Of a DNA stretch of 64,000 bases, positions 58,210 to 64,000 are shown in pieces (the stretch's first letter is position 1; each line of letters opens with the position of its first letter). The stretch comes from Haemophilus parainfluenzae (GTDB taxonomy: Bacteria > Pseudomonadota > Gammaproteobacteria > Enterobacterales > Pasteurellaceae). Position numbers and translations under genes: made by a program. The notes beneath the pieces were generated by a model. That model worked only from the letters and a program-made list of their open reading frames with translations. It did no database searches and had not been told where the DNA came from. The stretch is from NCBI GenBank assembly GCA_001914055.1, contig MKXX01000003.1, positions 176,771-240,770 on the forward strand, written 5' to 3'.

Positions 58210-58347
58210 ATGAAGTTAATTTTGAATTGGTCGAAACAGCAGTGGCTAGGCATGGATGCTTACCAAAAAAGTGCGGTCAATTTTGGCCGCACTTCCTATT
58301 TCTATCATTTGCAAATCACTAACCTTGTATTACTATTTTCTAAATAA
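58210..58347 (+). CDS. Candidate small ORF (45 aa) with strong Shine-Dalgarno, antisense to glpR 3' end
   Basis: AAGGAGG (58195-58201) 8 nt before ATG; MKLILNWSKQQWLGMDAYQKSAVNFGRTSYFYHLQITNLVLLFSK; overlaps USS pair and last ~14 codons of glpR; speculative. Confidence 0.25.
   Translation: MKLILNWSKQQWLGMDAYQKSAVNFGRTSYFYHLQITNLVLLFSK
58263..58294 (-). terminator. USS-pair terminator after glpR
   Basis: aagtgcggtcaattttggccgcactt; T-run follows on minus strand. Confidence 0.6.
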
Positions 58348-59060
58348 TCCGCAATTTGTTTTGGCACATCATCAGTGAAAAGATAATCTACATCTTTGAG
58401 TTCCCCTAATCGCACAATCGCTTGTCGAGAGAATTTCGAATGGTCGGTCGCTAATAACGTTTGGCGAGAGCTTTCTATAATGGCTCGTTTAACTTGGACT
58501 TCATGGTAATCATAGTCCAACAATGAACTATCAAGGTCTATTGCACTAATGCCCAGAATTCCAAAGTCTAACCGGAATTGCGAAATAAAATTAACCGTTG
58601 CCTCACCAATGATTCCACCATCCTTACGTAAGGAGCCACCTGCCATCGTAATATCAAAAGTTTCATTTTGGCGTAATAAATGAGCTGCATTGATATTATT
58701 TGTCACAATGCGTAACCGTTCATGGTTTAACAAGGCACTAGCTACCGCTTCAGGCGTGGTACCAATATCAATAAATAAAGATGCACCGTTTGGAATACGT
58801 TTTGCCACTTCACGAGCAATGGCACTTTTTTGGGAAGGGAAAAATTGTTTACGTTCAATGTAATCAGAATTTTCTGCGGTTGAAGAAGGGGCCGCACCAC
58901 CATGATGACGACGAATTAAATCTTGTTCAGCAAGGATATTCAGATCGCGTCGAATAGTCTGAGGACTAACTTCCAGTTCAATAACCAGTTCTTCTGTACT
59001 GGCATACCCTTTTAGCTTCACAAGCTCAATTATTTTCTGATGGCGTAATGATTGCTTCAT
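58305..59060 (-). CDS. glpR: DeoR-family glycerol-3-phosphate regulon repressor GlpR
   Basis: 251 aa; N-terminal HTH (ASTEELVIELEVSPQTIRRDL); glpG-glpR linkage. Confidence 0.85.
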   Translation of the reverse strand: MKQSLRHQKIIELVKLKGYASTEELVIELEVSPQTIRRDLNILAEQDLIRRHHGGAAPSSTAENSDYIERKQFFPSQKSAIAREVAKRIPNGASLFIDIGTTPEAVASALLNHERLRIVTNNINAAHLLRQNETFDITMAGGSLRKDGGIIGEATVNFISQFRLDFGILGISAIDLDSSLLDYDYHEVQVKRAIIESSRQTLLATDHSKFSRQAIVRLGELKDVDYLFTDDVPKQIADYLENSNTRLVICK

Positions 59061-59081
59061 ATAAATGCCTATAAATTTGAA

Positions 59082-59708
59082 TTAGCTAAACGATTTAGCC
59101 TTAATTTTACTCTGCAGAAATCCCCAAACTAATCCTAAGATGAAGCCTGAAATATGAGCTGCGTTGCCTATATTAATACCAAAAAGCGGACTAATAAAGC
59201 CAAATACAAGCCCTACCAGTAACATTGTAAAAAAACCTTCCGGTAAGTCAAAGCTATGCGGATGCAATTTGTCCACCACCAACACATAACCTAACACCGC
59301 ATATACGACGCCAGATAATCCGAAAAAGGCTGGACCGGTAAAGTAATTCTGTACAGCGCCACTCACTGCAGCAGACACTAAGACCAATAATAAAAAATGG
59401 AAAGAACCAAATCGGCGTTCAATCGCACCACCAAATAACCAGAACCACGAAAGATTAAATAAAATATGCGGTACCGACAAATGAACAATAGCATGAGTGA
59501 AATAGCGCCATACTTCCTGATCTTCCCAAGAATAAGCAGGATAATGGAATAAATCAATAATTGGCTCTTCAAACCCGACATTCTGCAAGAGATAAATCAC
59601 CGCGCAAAGTGCGGTCAAAATAAACGTGATTTTTTGTGCGCTCAATGTGCGTTTCAATACTTTTCTCTCTTCTGGCACATCGGTTTCACTATCAAATAAA
59701 GATGGCAT
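59082..59708 (-). CDS. glpG: Rhomboid intramembrane serine protease GlpG
   Basis: 208 aa, 6 TM; rhomboid motifs including HxxxN and catalytic GxSG-like/His pair. Confidence 0.8.
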   Translation of the reverse strand: MPSLFDSETDVPEERKVLKRTLSAQKITFILTALCAVIYLLQNVGFEEPIIDLFHYPAYSWEDQEVWRYFTHAIVHLSVPHILFNLSWFWLFGGAIERRFGSFHFLLLVLVSAAVSGAVQNYFTGPAFFGLSGVVYAVLGYVLVVDKLHPHSFDLPEGFFTMLLVGLVFGFISPLFGINIGNAAHISGFILGLVWGFLQSKIKAKSFS

Positions 59709-59753
59709 TTGTTATATTCCTTTTTATTTTTCGTCAATCATATAAGGTTCATT

Positions 59754-60071
59754 ATGAAAAAACAAACTATGCCGACAGGATTTAGTGGCTTCGCTTGGGG
59801 ACTTGCGGCATTTTGTTTACCCATTTTACTGTGGCCCATGGCCTCTCTGCTTTCTACTTCTTTTGTGAAAAACCCTACACTGAGCGATTTTCAGATCGAT
59901 CTTTTCTCGATTATCTTTTGGGTGTATCCCTTTATTTTAGTTTTGATTGCACGTTTGCTTTATAAACTGCACCAGCGCAAACCTAAACTTGCCGTAAAAT
60001 TATTACTGCTAAGCGCGGTCATTTTTTACATTGTTTTAGTTTCGGTTTGCTATATTGGCTTTAATGCTTAA
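59754..60071 (+). CDS. Hypothetical small membrane protein
   Basis: RBS AAGG plus ATG at 59754 (ORF track starts at a TTG at 59709); about 105 aa; 3-4 TM segments. Confidence 0.4.
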   Translation: MKKQTMPTGFSGFAWGLAAFCLPILLWPMASLLSTSFVKNPTLSDFQIDLFSIIFWVYPFILVLIARLLYKLHQRKPKLAVKLLLLSAVIFYIVLVSVCYIGFNA

Positions 60072-60177
60072 GAATATAAAAACAAAATCACAAACAACAA
60101 AAAGGGAGCTTTCGCTCCCTTTTAACTTATGTTCCTAATAATCAAAAATATAAAAAAATTTCCTACCTAGCAATCAA

Positions 60178-60903
60178 TTATGCAAAGTATTTTTCTAAAT
60201 CGTCGCTACCGCCGATGTGTTTACCACCGATGAATACTTGTGGTACAGTTGCACGACCAGAAACCGCACGTACACTCACGATAGTTGCATCTTGACCTAA
60301 TACGATTTCTTCAAAGCTTAAACCTTTATCACGTAAAAGTTGTTTTGCTTTCGCGCAATATGGACAGCCTGGTTTTGTGAAGATGGCGATTGATTCTTGT
60401 ACTTGATAATCTGGTGCAATATATTTCAACATGGTATCGGCATCAGATACTTTAAACGGATCGCCTGGCTCATTTGGTTCAATAAACATTTTTTCCACTA
60501 CGCCATTTTTCACGAGCATAGAATAACGCCAAGAACGTTTACCAAAACCTAAATCATCTTTTCCAACTAACATGCCCATACCTTCAGTAAAGGTACCGTT
60601 ACCATCTGGAATGAATTTTACATTGTGTGCTTCTTCTGCGTCTTTCCAAGCATTCATAACGAAAGTATCGTTTACAGACACAACTAAAATATCATCTACG
60701 CCATGTTTTTTGAACACTGGCGCAAGTTCGTTATAACGTGGTAAGTGAAAAGATGAACAAGTTGGCGTGAATGCACCTGGTAATGAGAAAACAACAACAG
60801 TTTTGTTATCAAATAATTCAGATGTGGTCACATCAACCCATTGATCGCCTTGACGAGTACGGAATGTAACTTGTGGAACTTTTTTTCCTTCCATATTAGA
60901 CAT
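60178..60903 (-). CDS. pgdX: Hybrid peroxiredoxin-glutaredoxin (Prx5-Grx fusion, PGdx)
   Basis: 241 aa; Prx5 peroxidatic Cys (PGAFTPTCS); C-terminal Grx CPYC; matches the Haemophilus hybrid Prx. Confidence 0.9.
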   Translation of the reverse strand: MSNMEGKKVPQVTFRTRQGDQWVDVTTSELFDNKTVVVFSLPGAFTPTCSSFHLPRYNELAPVFKKHGVDDILVVSVNDTFVMNAWKDAEEAHNVKFIPDGNGTFTEGMGMLVGKDDLGFGKRSWRYSMLVKNGVVEKMFIEPNEPGDPFKVSDADTMLKYIAPDYQVQESIAIFTKPGCPYCAKAKQLLRDKGLSFEEIVLGQDATIVSVRAVSGRATVPQVFIGGKHIGGSDDLEKYFA

Positions 60904-61034
60904 AATGTGTCTCCTCTGTTAGTTAAATGAATTTACCTTAAAAACTTAATAGGCATTATAGAAAGTTTTGTGATATAGTCATAATCAATTAATTCTATCC
61001 TTTTAATTGACATATTCTATAAAGTGAGAACCCT
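60904..61034. promoter_or_regulatory. pgdX-oxyR divergent promoter region with OxyR-like ATAG/CTAT elements
   Basis: ATAG (60958), ATAG (60975), CTAT (60995), CTAT (61017) spaced about 17-22 bp, reminiscent of the OxyR ATAG-N7-CTAT tetrad. Confidence 0.4.
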
Positions 61035-61940
61035 ATGAACATTCGTGATTTAGAATACTTAGTAGCCCTTTCCGAGTTCAAACATTTCCGTCGAGCGGCG
61101 GATTTTTGCAATGTTAGCCAACCGACTTTAAGTGGCCAAATTCGCAAACTAGAAGATGAATTAGGCATTATTTTACTTGAACGTACTAGCCGTAAAGTAC
61201 TCTTCACGCAATCTGGTATGTTACTTGTTGATCAAGCTCGCACTGTATTACGAGAAGTAAAATTACTTAAAGAAATGGCTAGCAATCAAGGTAAAGAAAT
61301 GACAGGTCCATTACACATTGGATTAATCCCAACCGTTGGTCCTTACCTACTTCCTTATATTGTACCAACATTGAAAGAAACTTTCCCAGATTTAGAAGTA
61401 TTTCTTTACGAAGCCCAAACTCACCAACTATTAGAACAATTAGAAACAGGTCGCCTAGATTGTGCGATTGTGGCTCGCGTACCCGAAACTGAAGCGTTTA
61501 TCGAAGTGCCTATTTTTGATGAAAAAATGTTACTGGCAGTTTCAGAACAGCATCCATGGGCATCAAAAAGCAAAATTGCCATGAATACCTTAAAAGGGCA
61601 AGAAATGCTCATGCTAGATGATGGGCATTGCTTACGTAATCAAGCGCTCGATTATTGTTTTATGGCCGGTGCTAAAGAAGACCCTCACTTCCAAGCCACT
61701 AGCCTTGAAACGTTGCGTAATATGGTGGCAGCTAATGCAGGCATCACCTTTATGCCAGAACTTGCTGTATTAAATGAAGGCACACGTGCAGGTGTAAAAT
61801 ATATTCCGTGCCATTCCCCAGAACCGTCTCGTACTATTGCTCTCGTTTACCGCCCAGGTTCACCATTACGTAATCGCTATGAACGCGTTGCAAGTGCGAT
61901 CAGTGAACAAGTTAAATCAATTTTAGCGAATAAAAAATAA
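61035..61940 (+). CDS. oxyR: LysR-family hydrogen peroxide sensor/regulator OxyR
   Basis: 301 aa; MNIRDLEYLVALSEFKHFRRAADFCNVSQPTLSGQIRKLEDELG; redox Cys (GHCLRNQ... and ...C... ) positions. Confidence 0.9.
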   Translation: MNIRDLEYLVALSEFKHFRRAADFCNVSQPTLSGQIRKLEDELGIILLERTSRKVLFTQSGMLLVDQARTVLREVKLLKEMASNQGKEMTGPLHIGLIPTVGPYLLPYIVPTLKETFPDLEVFLYEAQTHQLLEQLETGRLDCAIVARVPETEAFIEVPIFDEKMLLAVSEQHPWASKSKIAMNTLKGQEMLMLDDGHCLRNQALDYCFMAGAKEDPHFQATSLETLRNMVAANAGITFMPELAVLNEGTRAGVKYIPCHSPEPSRTIALVYRPGSPLRNRYERVASAISEQVKSILANKK

Positions 61941-61965
61941 TTTATCATAAGCTGAGGAAAACCAA

Positions 61966-62589
61966 ATGGCTGGTGTTCGAGCAATTCAAAAAGAAAAAAC
62001 CCGTCGAGCCTTAATTGACGCCGCATTTAATCAGTTAAGTGCAGAAAAAAGCTTTTCTAATTTAAGCTTACGTGAAGTTGCTCGCGAAGCGGGCATTGCA
62101 CCGACTTCTTTCTATCGCCACTTTAGCGATATGGATGAGCTCGGATTAGAAATGGTAGATGAAGCAGGTTTAACCCTCCGTCAATTAATGCGCCAAGCGC
62201 GTAAACGCATTGATGCCGGTGGCAGTGTCATCCGTGTTTCTGTTGAAACCTTTTTTGAATTTATCACTCACAGCACCAACGTGTTCCGTTTGCTCTTACG
62301 TGAGAGTTCAGGCACTTCTCAAGCTTTCCGTACCGCAGCAGCCCGCGAAATCAAACACTTTGTGGATGAATTAGCTGAATACATTGCGAAGAAAAATCAC
62401 TATTCTCAATATGTCTCTTATGTACAGGCAGAAGGCATGGTAACCATCGTATTCACAGCTGGCTCCAATGCCTTAGATATGACGAAGGCCGAACAAGATT
62501 TGCTAAAAGAACGTGTAATCTTACAGCTCCGTATGCTCGCTAAAGGTGGCGACTTCGCCGCTCATAAAGAAAAAATGATGCGAAAATAG
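61966..62589 (+). CDS. fabR: TetR-family fatty-acid biosynthesis repressor FabR
   Basis: 207 aa; [18 protein letters not shown]...[23 protein letters not shown] collinear with E. coli FabR/YijC; oxyR-fabR neighbourhood. Confidence 0.8.
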   Translation: MAGVRAIQKEKTRRALIDAAFNQLSAEKSFSNLSLREVAREAGIAPTSFYRHFSDMDELGLEMVDEAGLTLRQLMRQARKRIDAGGSVIRVSVETFFEFITHSTNVFRLLLRESSGTSQAFRTAAAREIKHFVDELAEYIAKKNHYSQYVSYVQAEGMVTIVFTAGSNALDMTKAEQDLLKERVILQLRMLAKGGDFAAHKEKMMRK

Positions 62590-62610
62590 ACCGCACTTTT
62601 CGACTAAAAC

Positions 62611-62640
62611 AAAACACCCGCATCTCTGCGGGTGTTGCTT
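62611..62640. terminator. Bidirectional terminator between fabR and hel
   Basis: AAAACACCCGCA-tctc-TGCGGGTGTT. Confidence 0.7.
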
Positions 62641-62656
62641 TATCTCAAGAAGGGAA

Positions 62657-63490
<834 letters not shown>

Positions 63491-63572
63491 TTAAAAAGTC
63501 ATAATGACAGGCAAAAGTATAACAAGCCTATTTGGGCAGTGACTATGGGTTTATCAAACTTTATAACTAATT

Positions 63573-63588
63573 TGTGAGATAGATCACA
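63573..63588. promoter_or_regulatory. Perfect CRP box in hel-ftsB divergent region
   Basis: TGTGAGATAGATCACA; centre 105 bp upstream of hel ATG; differs from the pnuC box at one spacer base. Confidence 0.6.
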
Positions 63589-63726
63589 TTTTTCATTTTG
63601 AAGCTATCTAACAAACCCAATGAGATCATTTCAAAATCATCTTATTTTTTAACCGCACTTTTTCATCGCATTTCGCTGTATTTCACGGTAAACTATCCCT
63701 AGTTTTCAGAAATAATAGGTAATTTA

Positions 63727-64000
63727 TGCGTCTTTTCATTGGAATTTTAGTGGGTATTCTCGTGCTATTTCAGTACGATCTTTGGTTTGGTAAAAACGGC
63801 TATTTTGACTACAAAGATGTCGAAGCTCAAATCAAGGAGAATAAAGCTGAAAATGAAAAGCTCTCACAAAGAAATCAAATGATTTCCGCCGAAATTCAAG
63901 GATTAACAAAAGGCTTTGAATCTATTGAAGAGCGTGCACGTATGAGTCATGATATGGTCAAACCAAACGAAGTGTTCTATCACATCGTCAAAGAGCATAA
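63727..64000 (+). CDS. ftsB: Cell division protein FtsB (5' partial, runs off window)
   Basis: MRLFIGILVGILVLFQYDLWFGKNGYFDY TM plus coiled coil matches FtsB/YgbQ. Confidence 0.8.

Overview
This window looks like core chromosome of a Pasteurellaceae genome, most likely a V-factor-dependent Haemophilus species. The evidence is about 40 copies of the Hin-type uptake signal sequence AAGTGCGGT/ACCGCACTT (roughly one per 1.6 kb, often as inverted pairs acting as terminators), a lipoprotein e(P4) (hel) homolog, pnuC, and about 38-40% GC. Content in order:
- 0-8 kb: a secreted IroE-like esterase, hslO, an OmpP2-like porin, and the LPS inner-core heptose genes waaC, waaF and hldD interleaved with an EamA transporter and a TlpA-like thioredoxin.
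- 8-15 kb: deoC, proS, and the nlpD/lppB - yqaA - surE - truD block.
- 15-22 kb: rraB, a SIMPL protein, slyD with a long His/Cys tail, hslVU with a sigma32-like promoter, aphA, rmuC, a yqhA-like gene, hslR and nudE.
- 22-32 kb: an OPT-family transporter, cysQ, and zwf-pgl-[GNAT, lipoprotein, hypothetical, GNAT 3' relic, low-GC hexapeptide-repeat gene]-gnd.
- 32-39 kb: srmB, yfiC/trmN6, pnuC, rapA-rluA.
- 39.6-53.4 kb: the S10-spc-alpha ribosomal superoperon on the minus strand (rpsJ through rplQ, including secY, rpmJ and rpoA).
- 53-64 kb: ftsYEX, rsmD, trmL, glpG-glpR, the hybrid peroxiredoxin-glutaredoxin pgdX divergent from oxyR, fabR, hel and the start of ftsB.
I found no tRNA or rRNA genes, CRISPR arrays, insertion sequences, prophage or recognisable defence systems. 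The most interesting signals are regulatory and micro-evolutionary:
- Perfect, nearly identical CRP boxes (TGTGA-N6-TCACA) sit upstream of the NAD-salvage genes pnuC and hel, with a similar box upstream of aphA.
- A fourth perfect CRP box lies in an unusually long 424-bp gene-free spacer between trmL and glpR, next to a strongly Shine-Dalgarno-led 45-codon ORF.
- A roughly 160-bp frameshifted relic of a paralogous GNAT 3' end flanks two small unknown genes and a low-GC hexapeptide-repeat gene between pgl and gnd.
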